Virus record (IMG/VR): IMGVR_UViG_3300043391_000370
Coordinates: 17,703 to 81,702 of that record
Reading direction: 5' to 3' (one strand)
From: a virus
Lineage: Duplodnaviria > Caudoviricetes
DNA length: 64,000 nt
Positions within the stretch are counted from its first letter, which is position 1; each line of letters opens with the position of its first letter. Positions 9,756-19,928 of the stretch are shown here, one piece after another. Under the pieces are notes generated by a model. The model ran no database searches. It saw only the letters and a program-made list of their open reading frames with translations, and had not been told where the DNA came from. The translations under genes and the position numbers were made by a program.

Positions 9756-11093
9756 TTATGGTTTCTCTATATTTGTTCCGTAACGTCCAAAGGTATCTCT
9801 AAGTAATGTCATTGAAGTATATGAACCTTCTGTATCAAAGTGATGACATAATTCTTTTATCATATATAGACCACTTTGATCATCATCATATTTTACTCCA
9901 TCTTCTCTGGAAATCTTAGGGAACTTACAAGTAATAATATCACCAGCTCTTAGATTTGTATTTGAAGGTACAGTCATACTCAAAGTTTGAGTAAAGAGTA
10001 CATTATATCTCATAATTGCCTGAGATTGATATTTTGATGGATCTGCATTGGATGCCTTAGAAATATCTGCATCCACAGTTCCAATATCCAAAACTTGACT
10101 TAAGATTCTTGTGGGTAGATCACCAAGTTTTTGATTAGAATCATTACTAATTTTAGGTAGTTCTAATGTTTGTCCTAGATTTGCAGATTTTCCTGCATAA
10201 TTCTCAAGTTTAAATACTGATTCCTTAAATGTAAAATTAAGTGGATCATAAACTATTCTGTAACTAGAATAGGTTCCTAATCTAAGTTTCTCAATTAGAT
10301 TTTGATTTCTGTTTGTGGTATATTGTAGAATACTAAAATCATTATCTCTTTCATATCCAGTCTGGTTTACATCACTATAGATGTAAGTTGCTTTTGATGG
10401 TTGTGAAATTAGATTATCAATTGATCTGAAACTGAATCCATCTTGTGTTTGGAAGAATACATAACCTGCCGTGGCATCTTTCTTTGAGGATTCAGGAACT
10501 CCTTTAGATGCTAACCATACTAAAACTGTAAATGGTTTTCTTAGATTTCCAATAAATCCATACTTATTCTGTGTCTTATCAATTTCATCAATCTTATCAG
10601 TCTTTAAGTATTCCTTGATGATACTTTCTACAGAGTCACTGATTGATTGACTGGTTGGAAACTTCTTTGGAACTCTTACAGTCTCATTTGTAATTGCTTC
10701 TCTTGAAACTAGATTTAGTTCAAAGAACTCTTTTTGAGATCCTGAAATAACATTGGTGATACTTGAAACATAAAGATAATCCTTCTCATCGGTTGCAAAA
10801 TCTAATCCAGGATTTGTGGCAGAATTACCGGCAATCTTTAAGGAAACTCTTTCACCACCTCTTAAGGGAAGACCATTATAAATTGACTGAAATGATCCTG
10901 TTGCATTTCCTTCATTATCCTTTGCCTGGATAGAATCTCCAGTGTTTCCTACTTGAATCTTTGCAGTGATTGATGGTGAGAAGATATCCTCATAATAATC
11001 AATAGAAACTGTACCAGTTCTAATATCAACCGTTCTCTTTTGGTCGTTGGATTCAAGTATAAGTTCTTCGTAAATTGACTTTTTTACTGACAT
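9756..11093 (-). CDS. Conserved baseplate hub protein (gp27-like, tentative)
   Basis: Position upstream of gp5; YYEDIFSPSITA, YVFFQTQDGFSFRSID and C-terminal SGLYMIKELCH..L.RDT.G motifs. Confidence 0.55.
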   Translation of the reverse strand: MSVKKSIYEELILESNDQKRTVDIRTGTVSIDYYEDIFSPSITAKIQVGNTGDSIQAKDNEGNATGSFQSIYNGLPLRGGERVSLKIAGNSATNPGLDFATDEKDYLYVSSITNVISGSQKEFFELNLVSREAITNETVRVPKKFPTSQSISDSVESIIKEYLKTDKIDEIDKTQNKYGFIGNLRKPFTVLVWLASKGVPESSKKDATAGYVFFQTQDGFSFRSIDNLISQPSKATYIYSDVNQTGYERDNDFSILQYTTNRNQNLIEKLRLGTYSSYRIVYDPLNFTFKESVFKLENYAGKSANLGQTLELPKISNDSNQKLGDLPTRILSQVLDIGTVDADISKASNADPSKYQSQAIMRYNVLFTQTLSMTVPSNTNLRAGDIITCKFPKISREDGVKYDDDQSGLYMIKELCHHFDTEGSYTSMTLLRDTFGRYGTNIEKP

Positions 11094-13039
11094 TATGTGT
11101 ATGCTAGATCTAGTAAGAGTTTCTTTGTGATGAAACTATTTAACGGATTAATTATAATGGGAATTATTCCTCCCCCACCACCTCCAGCAGAGACTTGTGG
11201 TTGTGCTGGTGGATCTTCTTCTATCACAACAATAGTAGGACCATTTCTTTGTTGTGCTAATTGTTGAGATACTTGTTGTCTTTGTTGAGTTCCTTGTGGT
11301 GCTATTTGTGCTGGTGTTGGTGCAGAAATTGTTGTTGGTTGCCCAGAAGTTCCAGTTAATTGTTTTCCGATTGAAAGAAGATTTAGATATGGTCTTGGAT
11401 TAATAGAATCACCACCTCCAGGTCTTACTTCAAAGTGAAGGTGTATTCCAGTAGATCCACCTGTGCTTCCAATTTCACCAATTGTTTGTCCATTATAAGA
11501 CTGCCCACGTTTTACAAATACTTTTGCTAGGTGCGCAAAACGATATATTGTATTTCCAGATTTAATATCAACATAATTACCATATCCACCACTATACCCC
11601 AAAGAAACATCAGAAATTGTGCCCGATAGTTTTAATGCAACATAGTATCCTGGTCCTGCCGGAGCAATATCAATTCCATTGTGCATCCGATATTTGCCAG
11701 TTGTGGGACTAAGCCTCATTCCTCGTTCTGATGTAATCTTTCCTGCTGCTCCTCCAGGTTTACCTTTAAATTGATCTATAACTGATGTTGAAACTGCCGA
11801 TGATGTTTGTGCTGGTGCTGTTTGTGTTTGCGGAGATCCTAATGATTTTTTATACGTTGATTGTAGACTTCCTATTGATTTATATGATTGTCCATAAAAA
11901 CTTTTTCCCCCCTTTGGGGAATATGGGAAAGATGCCCACTCCGGAGCAAGAAGATCTGAGACTCTTTGACTCATACCTTCTTTTTTTAACATTTCTGCAG
12001 TAACTCCTCTCCTTTTAGCAAGATATATTGCTGCCTCATCTTGTTTTCTTGCAGTAAATGCCTCATTTGATTTTAATATTCCAGCAGCAACTAGTCCCCC
12101 TAATGTTGAAGGCATAAATTGATATCTACCAGTAGCACCACTCCATTTATGTTGACTACCTGGCCTCCCATAACTATTACCCAAATCTATAACTTGCTGA
12201 ACTGTCAGTTTACCAGATTCCAAATCTTTGTTAACCCCACCACCAGAAATGGTTCCATAACTTTTTGAGGTTCCTTCAGCAAAAGCAATAGTTTCTAACA
12301 TTGCTTTTTGTTCTGAAGTACCAACAGATGCCCCACCAGCACCTCCACCACCAGAAGGTTCTTGCATACTCTCATTTTCATATTTTGTTCCAGTAGGTTT
12401 AGCATCCTCACCACTAGCAATTCCTTCACCCAGAGATGTAGTGAGTAATCTAAATCCCTCATCAAACTGACTTTGCATATCATCAAAGGTATTTCCCAAA
12501 CCTTTCACAGCATTCTCAACTCTCTTGTTACTATCGGTAAAGTCAAATGTTAGAATATTTTTACCAATAGCACCTAGAACATTTCCAAATCCTCTAAAGA
12601 TACTCACAGTATTATTAAAAAATCCACTTACAATAGTAGAAAGTCTTTGCATTCTAGCAATCAATTCTTGTGCCATCGTAATAATGGACGGTAGATTATA
12701 AAGCAACCATCCAACTAACAGAGTTCCAAGGAAGTCCATAATTCTTCCCAAGAATCCTTTGGTACTTGAAGCAATTGCCTTTGCCTGTCTTTTAATAACT
12801 CCACCAATACTTGATGCTTCTATCAAGTCTTCTCTATTTTTTCTTCTTTCTCCCTCTTGTCTTCTTTGGGAAAGAATATAATTTCTTGCTATTGATTCTC
12901 TTTTTACCTTTGTTTTTCTTAATAGAATATTATTAAGTTTTCCAGTTTTTTTCTTTAGACCAGAAAATGAAGACCTTACGGACTTGATACTGGAACGAAT
13001 ATTGATGAGACTATTGGATGGTTTTACTGCTACTGCCAT
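11093..13039 (-). CDS. Tail-associated lysin-like protein: lambda-type lysozyme domain plus M23 peptidase domain
   Basis: LETIAFAEG..GRYQFMPSTL (lambda R/GH104-like) and HNGIDIA..YGNYV..FAHL..GSTGGSTGIHLHFEVR (M23 HxxxD and HxH). Confidence 0.8.
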   Translation of the reverse strand: MAVAVKPSNSLINIRSSIKSVRSSFSGLKKKTGKLNNILLRKTKVKRESIARNYILSQRRQEGERRKNREDLIEASSIGGVIKRQAKAIASSTKGFLGRIMDFLGTLLVGWLLYNLPSIITMAQELIARMQRLSTIVSGFFNNTVSIFRGFGNVLGAIGKNILTFDFTDSNKRVENAVKGLGNTFDDMQSQFDEGFRLLTTSLGEGIASGEDAKPTGTKYENESMQEPSGGGGAGGASVGTSEQKAMLETIAFAEGTSKSYGTISGGGVNKDLESGKLTVQQVIDLGNSYGRPGSQHKWSGATGRYQFMPSTLGGLVAAGILKSNEAFTARKQDEAAIYLAKRRGVTAEMLKKEGMSQRVSDLLAPEWASFPYSPKGGKSFYGQSYKSIGSLQSTYKKSLGSPQTQTAPAQTSSAVSTSVIDQFKGKPGGAAGKITSERGMRLSPTTGKYRMHNGIDIAPAGPGYYVALKLSGTISDVSLGYSGGYGNYVDIKSGNTIYRFAHLAKVFVKRGQSYNGQTIGEIGSTGGSTGIHLHFEVRPGGGDSINPRPYLNLLSIGKQLTGTSGQPTTISAPTPAQIAPQGTQQRQQVSQQLAQQRNGPTIVVIEEDPPAQPQVSAGGGGGGIIPIIINPLNSFITKKLLLDLAYT

Positions 13040-13040
13040 C

Positions 13041-14693
13041 TTATATTACCACATTATAATTAACTTGTGAATAGAGCACATAGAAATTATCTGGGTTTGA
13101 TGCTGATATTGCTGGAACTTCATTTACAGAACCACCAGTAGGAGCAGCACCAGATTGTTGTTGAGCAGGAGAACCTATTCTCTTATACACTACATTTGGT
13201 GTTGGTTCTGGTGCTGGACCCACATTAAGTGGTAATGTTGCTATTTTACTAGTTTGAGCAGGTGTTTTTATATCTGCCTGTGCTGGTTGTGATGAAACTT
13301 GTGCAGGAGTTCCCTGCTCTGGGTTCATATTAACTTCTCCAAATTGTGGTGGTTTTGTCCAATCAATTTTACTTGCTTGAGATGTTAAATCTCCCATCTT
13401 CTGATCAAATGATTGCTCATTTCCTGCAGGAGTGGGGGCATTTGGTGTTTTATTTTTTGGTACTACTGGTGTTTTTGGGGTTACTGCTGCTTTTGGTGGT
13501 GTTTTTTTATTTTGCCCAATACCAGTAAAATCTGCAGCATATCCCAATCCAGATGTAATCAGTCCAGCTGTCCAGACAAATGGTATGCTAATACCAGCTG
13601 CTTCAGAAAAACTAAGTGCTGCTGAAGTAGAATGAAGACTTCCTGCTAATGGATTACCTCTTTCAAAAGATTCTTTAGCAGAATTAGCTTCAATTACTCC
13701 ACCAGCAACAGGGAAAAGTCCTCCCAAAAATTTTGCTCCTAATCCTGTACCCCTCTTTACTGCCGCAGATGCAGCTTTAGCCTCTACTGATGTTGCTGCC
13801 TTTACTCCAGTGCCTGTTATTGCTGCTACACCAGCCTTTGCTGTCGAAACTATTGCCGATCCAGCAGATGTTAATACTTTTGCAAGTGCTCCAAAGAATC
13901 TACCAACAGTATTCTTAAGTAACCACCCACCAATTTTAAGAGATAGTTTTGTGATAGTACCAGCAATAGCAAAAAATCCACCATTCAATAAGAATAATGT
14001 TCCGGCAGCAATTCCAAGACCTTTTAGAACATTATCTCTGATTTCTTCTAATTTTTTACCATTTCCTTCTGATAATGCTTTAAGAACCTCAATTCCTTTA
14101 TTAGCAAACCATCCAGCAAATAGTGTCGTAAAGAATTGTGCTACTTTACTTAAAATAGATTGTGCCTTTTGTGCAATTTTCTGCACAGGAGCAATTAATG
14201 CACCCTGAATTGCTTTTTCTAAAAGACTTTCCCTTCCTACTCTTAATCCCTGCTCTGTTGCCCTCCTCTGTTCTTCTTGCTCCTGTTTTGTACGATTTTG
14301 TTCTAGAACACTATCATAAGCAATTACATCAGTAATTCTACTTAAGGCACCACTAAAATCAGTGACTTCTGTTTTTAATCCCCCAACCTGTTCCTGCAAT
14401 CCACCTATGGTTTGTGTCTGGATGGACACTACATTGTTTAAATTAACGACTTGAGTTCTTAAACTGTTAACCTGTTCTTGTAAGGAAGTTATTGTTTGTG
14501 ATTGAGTCTGTACGAGTGCTAAAGCTCCCTCATCTGGTTGCCTGTTAATAGCAACCAGTGGACCACCACGTCTAAAAATATTTGATGATATATTACGACT
14601 TTTTGCGAATATTGCCTTTCTTCTTTCCGCAGACAAATAGGACCCTGATACAGGATCTACTCCACTTTGTGCTATTTGTGCGAGATCAGCCAT
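13041..14693 (-). CDS. Baseplate hub-region protein (coiled-coil N-terminus, hydrophobic middle; tape-measure-like)
   Basis: Heptad-rich LQEQV..L segments; lies between gp51 and the lysin gene. Confidence 0.5.
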   Translation of the reverse strand: MADLAQIAQSGVDPVSGSYLSAERRKAIFAKSRNISSNIFRRGGPLVAINRQPDEGALALVQTQSQTITSLQEQVNSLRTQVVNLNNVVSIQTQTIGGLQEQVGGLKTEVTDFSGALSRITDVIAYDSVLEQNRTKQEQEEQRRATEQGLRVGRESLLEKAIQGALIAPVQKIAQKAQSILSKVAQFFTTLFAGWFANKGIEVLKALSEGNGKKLEEIRDNVLKGLGIAAGTLFLLNGGFFAIAGTITKLSLKIGGWLLKNTVGRFFGALAKVLTSAGSAIVSTAKAGVAAITGTGVKAATSVEAKAASAAVKRGTGLGAKFLGGLFPVAGGVIEANSAKESFERGNPLAGSLHSTSAALSFSEAAGISIPFVWTAGLITSGLGYAADFTGIGQNKKTPPKAAVTPKTPVVPKNKTPNAPTPAGNEQSFDQKMGDLTSQASKIDWTKPPQFGEVNMNPEQGTPAQVSSQPAQADIKTPAQTSKIATLPLNVGPAPEPTPNVVYKRIGSPAQQQSGAAPTGGSVNEVPAISASNPDNFYVLYSQVNYNVVI

Positions 14694-14859
14694 TTGCTTG
14701 ATTCTTTAGATTTTCTTCTTCAATATAATTTTGTAGCAAAGTTACGTAGATCTCCCTCTCCCAAGGAATCATATCTTCAAGTTCTGTCAAAGAGTATTTA
14801 TGATGCTGCATCATGGCAAAGTTTGTCTTGTAGTATGACGCAAGGTCAGTATGCGCCAT
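14686..14859 (-). CDS. gp51: Baseplate hub assembly catalyst gp51 (57 aa)
   Basis: Read manually: MAHTDLASYYKTNFAMMQHHKYSLTELEDMIPWEREIYVTLL..., directly after gp26. Confidence 0.85.
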   Translation of the reverse strand: MAHTDLASYYKTNFAMMQHHKYSLTELEDMIPWEREIYVTLLQNYIEEENLKNQANG

Positions 14860-14861
14860 AC

Positions 14862-15581
14862 TTACGCGAAAAAAGCAGATAATCCCTCCAGAACTACCTC
14901 ACTCTCAACTTTAGTATTGGGATTTTTAATCTTAATTGTATGAGAAAGTTTGGGCATTGTTTCAAAGAACTTTTCAACTTCTTTGAATTGCTTCGAACTT
15001 AACTGCTCAACAAATTCTAATAGTTCTTTCTTTGTAGAATCACTCGCAGTCCAAGACTCTTCTTCCGAATAAATTTGATCAATACAAGAAACAATCAAAT
15101 CAAAGGTATCATCAACACTTACACTCTCACCAGAATCAAAGTTGTTCTTAATGAACTCAGTCATTGATGGATATCGCATTCTCAATGTTAAAGAATCGTC
15201 CAACTTGATATCACGAGAATGTTTTGGGTCTACTTCAACGTTAATTTCATCAAGATTGATACTTGTTGGAACCTGAGTTGTTCCATCATCAGGGCAGGTG
15301 ATCAAAACATCTACTGTTTCACCAACTGACTTACCTCTAATATTAAGGAACAAATACTCAATATCAAATGTTGAGAGGTCTTCTACTTTAATACCTTTGC
15401 TTAAAATGCAATTAGAAATTACTGTCTTAACCGCATTCGCAATCTGTTTGGAATCTTCGGTTTCTAGTGCAATGATCAGAATCTTTTCTTCTTTGACTAG
15501 GAAGGGTCTATATCTAATTTTCTTTTTTAATGATGGAATTTCCAACTCATAAATTGGAGTCGCAATCTTTGGTAAAGGCAT
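14862..15581 (-). CDS. gp26: Baseplate hub subunit gp26
   Basis: MPLPKI..PIYELEIPS..YRPFLVKEEKIL..FDIEYLFLNIRGKSVGE. Confidence 0.9.
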   Translation of the reverse strand: MPLPKIATPIYELEIPSLKKKIRYRPFLVKEEKILIIALETEDSKQIANAVKTVISNCILSKGIKVEDLSTFDIEYLFLNIRGKSVGETVDVLITCPDDGTTQVPTSINLDEINVEVDPKHSRDIKLDDSLTLRMRYPSMTEFIKNNFDSGESVSVDDTFDLIVSCIDQIYSEEESWTASDSTKKELLEFVEQLSSKQFKEVEKFFETMPKLSHTIKIKNPNTKVESEVVLEGLSAFFA

Positions 15582-15619
15582 AATAACCCATAAAGTTCAG
15601 TTAAAATTATTTAGACTGC

Positions 15620-16393
15620 TTATGCAATACCTCTTGGTCTTGGATCATCCAATCTACCTGTTCCAAGATTTAAGTTTCTATTAATCAACTCATCTCTTCC
15701 AGTTGCAAGTCTGGTTAATTGATTACTTGTACTAGATGTAGTAGCAGGATTGGGAACGTTGCTAATTATATTATTATTAATATTTTTTTCAACATCCCAA
15801 CTTAATACCTTACCACAAACATATCTCTCATAATTGAATGAGGCACTGATTCTCAATACATCAGAACCATTATAACTTACCGGTGTGGAGTTTAATGCCA
15901 GTGGAAAAAGTCCAAAGAAATTATATTCAATCTCCTTATTATAATCTCTATCAAATTTAATAATCTTGGTTGTATTGCACTTATATGCTTCTGGATATCG
16001 CATTCTAAAATAATACCCCTCTCTATATGGATCAGCATTAGATCCACCAGAAATAAACTCCATCCAGTGCTCTATAAATCTTAACTGCCGATAATCTCTA
16101 TCAACATAGAACTCTAACCCAATTTCGGTAAAGATTCTACGATGAGCAATTCTCTCATTTACTCCTGTGAAATTATTATTGATATCTGCCGTCGCAAATG
16201 AGGTTCCGGGTAGTGATGCAGAATGGCAAAGTAATCCTGCTTCTTCTGCAATAAATCTTGGTTCAACACCTCTCACATAAAGATGCGATAAGAGTGCCCC
16301 AGGCAGACCACCAAAGATAACCTGGAAGTGTGAAGTCTGGGCAAGATTAGTAAATAGTGGTTTGAAATCAGCTATTCTACGAGGTCTGACCAC
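15620..16393 (-). CDS. Tail-tube-family protein (gp54-like tube initiator, tentative)
   Basis: LCHSASLPG..F.VD..Y..FIEHWMEFI..YNFFGLFP..L...SASFNYE pattern of the tube fold; GTG start; divergent from gp4. Confidence 0.55.
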   Translation of the reverse strand: MVRPRRIADFKPLFTNLAQTSHFQVIFGGLPGALLSHLYVRGVEPRFIAEEAGLLCHSASLPGTSFATADINNNFTGVNERIAHRRIFTEIGLEFYVDRDYRQLRFIEHWMEFISGGSNADPYREGYYFRMRYPEAYKCNTTKIIKFDRDYNKEIEYNFFGLFPLALNSTPVSYNGSDVLRISASFNYERYVCGKVLSWDVEKNINNNIISNVPNPATTSSTSNQLTRLATGRDELINRNLNLGTGRLDDPRPRGIA

Positions 16394-16394
16394 T

Positions 16395-16431
16395 CTAAAT
16401 ACCTTTTATGAGTCTTAGTATACTTATTTAG
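16395..16431. promoter_or_regulatory. Two face-to-face late-promoter-like motifs (CTAAATA on each strand)
   Basis: CTAAATA at 16395-16401 (+) and 16425-16431 (-) in the 38-bp gap between the divergent genes. Confidence 0.55.
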
Positions 16432-16869
16432 ATGTCTTATAAGGGAAAATACCAACCGTCATTCCCAAAAAAATATAAAGGAGATCCCACAAATATTGTG
16501 TATAGATCTTTGTGGGAGAGGACTTTTATGAAATATTGTGATACGAATGATAACGTTTTAGAATGGTTCTCGGAAGAAATTGCAGTTCCTTACAGATCTC
16601 CAATAGATAATAAGATTCATAGATACTTCCCAGACTTTTATATCAAAGTTAAAGAAAGTAATGGGCAGATTAAAAAGTATATAATCGAAATCAAACCAAA
16701 GAAGCAAACAGTAGAACCAATACCACAAAAGAGAAGGACAAAAGGATATATCTATGAGGTTTATGAGTATGCCAAGAATCAGGCAAAGTGGAAGGCAGCA
16801 GAAGAATGGTGTGCTGATAGGGGGTATGAGTTTAAGGTGCTCACGGAAGATGATTTAGGTATCAAATAA
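16432..16869 (+). CDS. gp4: Head completion nuclease gp4
   Basis: YKGDPTNIVYRSLWE..HRYFPDFYIK..IIEIKP..NQAKWKAA. Confidence 0.9.
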   Translation: MSYKGKYQPSFPKKYKGDPTNIVYRSLWERTFMKYCDTNDNVLEWFSEEIAVPYRSPIDNKIHRYFPDFYIKVKESNGQIKKYIIEIKPKKQTVEPIPQKRRTKGYIYEVYEYAKNQAKWKAAEEWCADRGYEFKVLTEDDLGIK

Positions 16870-17279
16870 TGCCAAGAAAGACTCTCAGACAAAGAAAAGG
16901 TCCAAATCCCACAAGTGATAAGAGTAATCGTATTCGTAGTGTTTTGGATAATTTAATTGGAAATGAAGATCCTGATGATTTAATGATTGAGATATTGGAT
17001 GCGATACAAGAAAGTGGAAAGATACCCAGTGTGGGTAAGTATTATGTCTTTGTTTATAATCCAAAGACACCCAACATACAATACGATCAAAATCCATTAG
17101 TCGCAGTGACTGATATATTCCCTCAATGGGGATTTAGGGGTATTAACTTTCACTGGGGGTCTAAGGGAGTTAGACAATATACTTGGGACGAAATACCTGG
17201 TTCTTTATATGAGGTTTATGCGGAAGAACTTGCCGACTTGAGAGAGATACCTTTTGGTAAAATTCGTCTAAATAGTTAG
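16869..17279 (+). CDS. gp2-like (DNA end protector-related) protein
   Basis: GKYYVFVYNPKTP..YDQNPLV..GFRGINFHW resembles gp2; located between gp4 and gp48. Confidence 0.5.
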   Translation: MPRKTLRQRKGPNPTSDKSNRIRSVLDNLIGNEDPDDLMIEILDAIQESGKIPSVGKYYVFVYNPKTPNIQYDQNPLVAVTDIFPQWGFRGINFHWGSKGVRQYTWDEIPGSLYEVYAEELADLREIPFGKIRLNS

Positions 17280-17289
17280 AAAATCGATA

Positions 17290-18264
17290 ATGGCAGTTTC
17301 TTTTCCATCTAATTTATCATCAGCAACTCAAGCAGCTGGCATACAGGAATATAGAAATGCTAATGCTGCTTCTACAGCACCCGCACTAAGATATAGATAT
17401 CCACAGAAGAGTATTGGTAAGGATGACGACTACTTAGAGATAGGTGTTATTGAATATGTTCCACCTGGATTTGAGACAGGAAAGAATAATCTCAAATTAA
17501 AAACTGGAACAGAAACCAATTCTAATAAAAAAGCAAGATATACAATACAACTACCAATTCCGGCAAATATTGGTGATACCAACCAGGTTAATTGGGGTGA
17601 TGATAGTATGAATCCTCTTGTTGCTTATGGTAGTGAGCAAATAGGAGATGCTCTTAAAAGTGGTCAGTTGCAAAAAGGTATTGCCGATGTATATAATAAT
17701 ACAGTTAGTACTGCAAAAGAAATACTAACCAAAGGTGGTGGGCAGGATTTAATTTCAAAGTATTTTCAATCACAATTAGTAAATTCATTAGGTGCAAACA
17801 CGACACCAGAAGGATTACTATCAAGAGCTAGTGGAAGTGTTCTAAATCCAAACCTAGAACTATTATTCAGTGGTGTTAATTTGAGATCTTTTGCTTTTGA
17901 TTTTGATTTTGCACCAAGAAACTTAGAAGAATCAAATGTTGTTAAGCAAATTATAAGAATATTCAAACAATCAATGGCTCCAAAAACTGGTAGCAACACA
18001 TCAGGTGCCGGACTATTCATCGAGGCTCCAAATGTCTTCCTTCTAAAATATAAAACCGGAAGTCGAGACCATCCATATCTAAACAAGTTCAAACCTTGTG
18101 CTCTTACAAATATGGGTGTGAATTATACAGGTTCTGGTTCTTATGCAACTTATGCGGATAAGACACCTGTTCATATGAAATTAAATCTAAGTTTCACCGA
18201 ACTGAATCCAATTTACAATGAAGACTACAATGAGATTCCATTATCACAAGGAGTAGGTTACTAA
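17290..18264 (+). CDS. gp48: Baseplate tail tube cap gp48
   Basis: LNPNLELLFSGVNLRSFAFDFDFAPRN..E..KPCALT.M.VNY..PV...L.F.EL. Confidence 0.9.
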   Translation: MAVSFPSNLSSATQAAGIQEYRNANAASTAPALRYRYPQKSIGKDDDYLEIGVIEYVPPGFETGKNNLKLKTGTETNSNKKARYTIQLPIPANIGDTNQVNWGDDSMNPLVAYGSEQIGDALKSGQLQKGIADVYNNTVSTAKEILTKGGGQDLISKYFQSQLVNSLGANTTPEGLLSRASGSVLNPNLELLFSGVNLRSFAFDFDFAPRNLEESNVVKQIIRIFKQSMAPKTGSNTSGAGLFIEAPNVFLLKYKTGSRDHPYLNKFKPCALTNMGVNYTGSGSYATYADKTPVHMKLNLSFTELNPIYNEDYNEIPLSQGVGY

Positions 18265-18265
18265 A

Positions 18266-18913
18266 ATGTCTTATTTCAGAGAACTACCAGACCTAGAATA
18301 TCAATCTCCTTTTGTAGATAGTAATTCCTCACAGAATTATGTAAGAGCAAAGAATTTATTTCGTCGGGTAAAACTTCGTGATGATTTAACAAATGTCTTT
18401 ACTCTGTTTAATAAGTATCAAATTCCAGATGGTGTAAGACCTGATATTGTTGCAGAAGCAGTTTATGGTAGAGCAGATTATGATTGGATAGTTATATTAA
18501 CTGCTGGTATTGTAAATGTAAGAGACGAATGGCCTCTTTCGAATAGAGACCTCTACAGATATGCCGAGAACATTTATGGTGAGGACTTAAATGCTGTTCA
18601 TCATTATGAAACCACAGAAGTTAAAGATTCTAATGGAAGATTGATTCTTCCTGCTGGTAAGGTTGTTGATTCTAACTTTACTATTCCAAACCCAACTGAT
18701 TATAGAGCAACATTAAATCCAGTTGTAGGTATTGGTAATTATGAATATGAAACTCTAAAGAACGAAGAAAAGAGATCAATATACTTACTAAGACCGGATT
18801 ATCTACAGCAATACTTAAATGATATGAGAACAATTATGTATTATGAAAAGTCTTCTCAGTATGTTGATAAGAAATTAATTCGTACCGAGAACACCAGAGT
18901 CACAATGCCATAA
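18266..18913 (+). CDS. gp53: Baseplate wedge component gp53
   Basis: MSYFRELP..KNLFRRVKLR..RPDIVA..YG..DWIVIL..N..WP. Confidence 0.9.
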   Translation: MSYFRELPDLEYQSPFVDSNSSQNYVRAKNLFRRVKLRDDLTNVFTLFNKYQIPDGVRPDIVAEAVYGRADYDWIVILTAGIVNVRDEWPLSNRDLYRYAENIYGEDLNAVHHYETTEVKDSNGRLILPAGKVVDSNFTIPNPTDYRATLNPVVGIGNYEYETLKNEEKRSIYLLRPDYLQQYLNDMRTIMYYEKSSQYVDKKLIRTENTRVTMP

Positions 18914-18934
18914 AAAAAGGGAGGTTTCCCTCCC
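18912..18934 (-). terminator. Intrinsic terminator after gp32
   Basis: gggagg-tttc-cctccc hairpin with a 7-nt A run (U tail on the minus strand). Confidence 0.75.
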
Positions 18935-18943
18935 CCGTTATTA

Positions 18944-19858
18944 TCATTCGGCAAGTTTTGCAAAGTAACTCAGAGTATCATCATCGTCTTCATCATAAGA
19001 AGAAGACTTAGAAGAACTTAGATTGCTCAGTTCGGTACGAAGATCTTCATCAAGGTCACGAACCGGACCACGGGAAGTCTCTTCCTCATCGGCAACCTCA
19101 GGATCTTGACGACGAGTTCCTTTGTTACCGAGAACATAGTCAAGACGCTTCTTCAGTTCATCATAAGACTTAAACTGATCGACAGCAACGAGTTCTGCAA
19201 GAGAATACTGCTTCTTCCACACTGCTTCCATCTCTTCATCATCGTCCAGTAGGGCACCTTGTGCGGCAAACTCACTGGAATCATAGTTGCGATAACCAGC
19301 AACGTTCTTTGCCTTCAGTTTGAAGTTAGCACCCTGCCAGAAGTCAAACGGATCGATAGGAGTCTCATCTTCAAACTCAGGTTGCATTGCGGCAGTAATC
19401 TTATCAAAGATTTTCTTACCGAACTTATAAAGGAAGACTTTACCTTCGTTAGCAGGATTCGCAGGATCTTTGACAACGTAGATATTAGCAGCATAAGTCA
19501 GTTTGCGTTTCTGCTTACGTGCCAATTCCTTACCAGCATCAGTACCATTGTTCCAGAGTTCGGAGTTCAGTTCTGATACGGGATCCTTTTGTCCTAAGGT
19601 AGTCAGAGAGTTCTCAATGAACCAACCACCAGGACCTTGGAATGCATGGGAATAGAGCTTCACAAACGGCAGGTCTTCACCGTCAGGAGCAGGGAGGAAA
19701 CGAATGATTGCATAACCATTCTGAGATTTATCACATTCTAAACGCCATAACCGATCATCAGAAGAACTAGAAGAAGAATTCATCTTCTCAACTTCTTTAA
19801 CAAGTTTGGCAGTGAGAGAACCAAGTTTGGATTGTTTTTTTAAATCTGAAAAAGACAT
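18944..19858 (-). CDS. gp32: Single-stranded DNA-binding protein gp32
   Basis: NGYAIIRFLPAP..HAFQGPGGWFIENSLTT..GANFKLK..NYDSSEF and acidic tail ending YFAKLAE. Confidence 0.95.
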   Translation of the reverse strand: MSFSDLKKQSKLGSLTAKLVKEVEKMNSSSSSSDDRLWRLECDKSQNGYAIIRFLPAPDGEDLPFVKLYSHAFQGPGGWFIENSLTTLGQKDPVSELNSELWNNGTDAGKELARKQKRKLTYAANIYVVKDPANPANEGKVFLYKFGKKIFDKITAAMQPEFEDETPIDPFDFWQGANFKLKAKNVAGYRNYDSSEFAAQGALLDDDEEMEAVWKKQYSLAELVAVDQFKSYDELKKRLDYVLGNKGTRRQDPEVADEEETSRGPVRDLDEDLRTELSNLSSSKSSSYDEDDDDTLSYFAKLAE

Positions 19859-19928
19859 TTGGATTTTTTGGATAAATTGGATTTGTTGGATTTTATTTTG
19901 TGTGAGTTACCAACACATATATTATATA

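Noticed and set aside
14667-14882. Plus-strand 71-aa ORF
   Set aside because: It is the shadow of gp51 on the minus strand.
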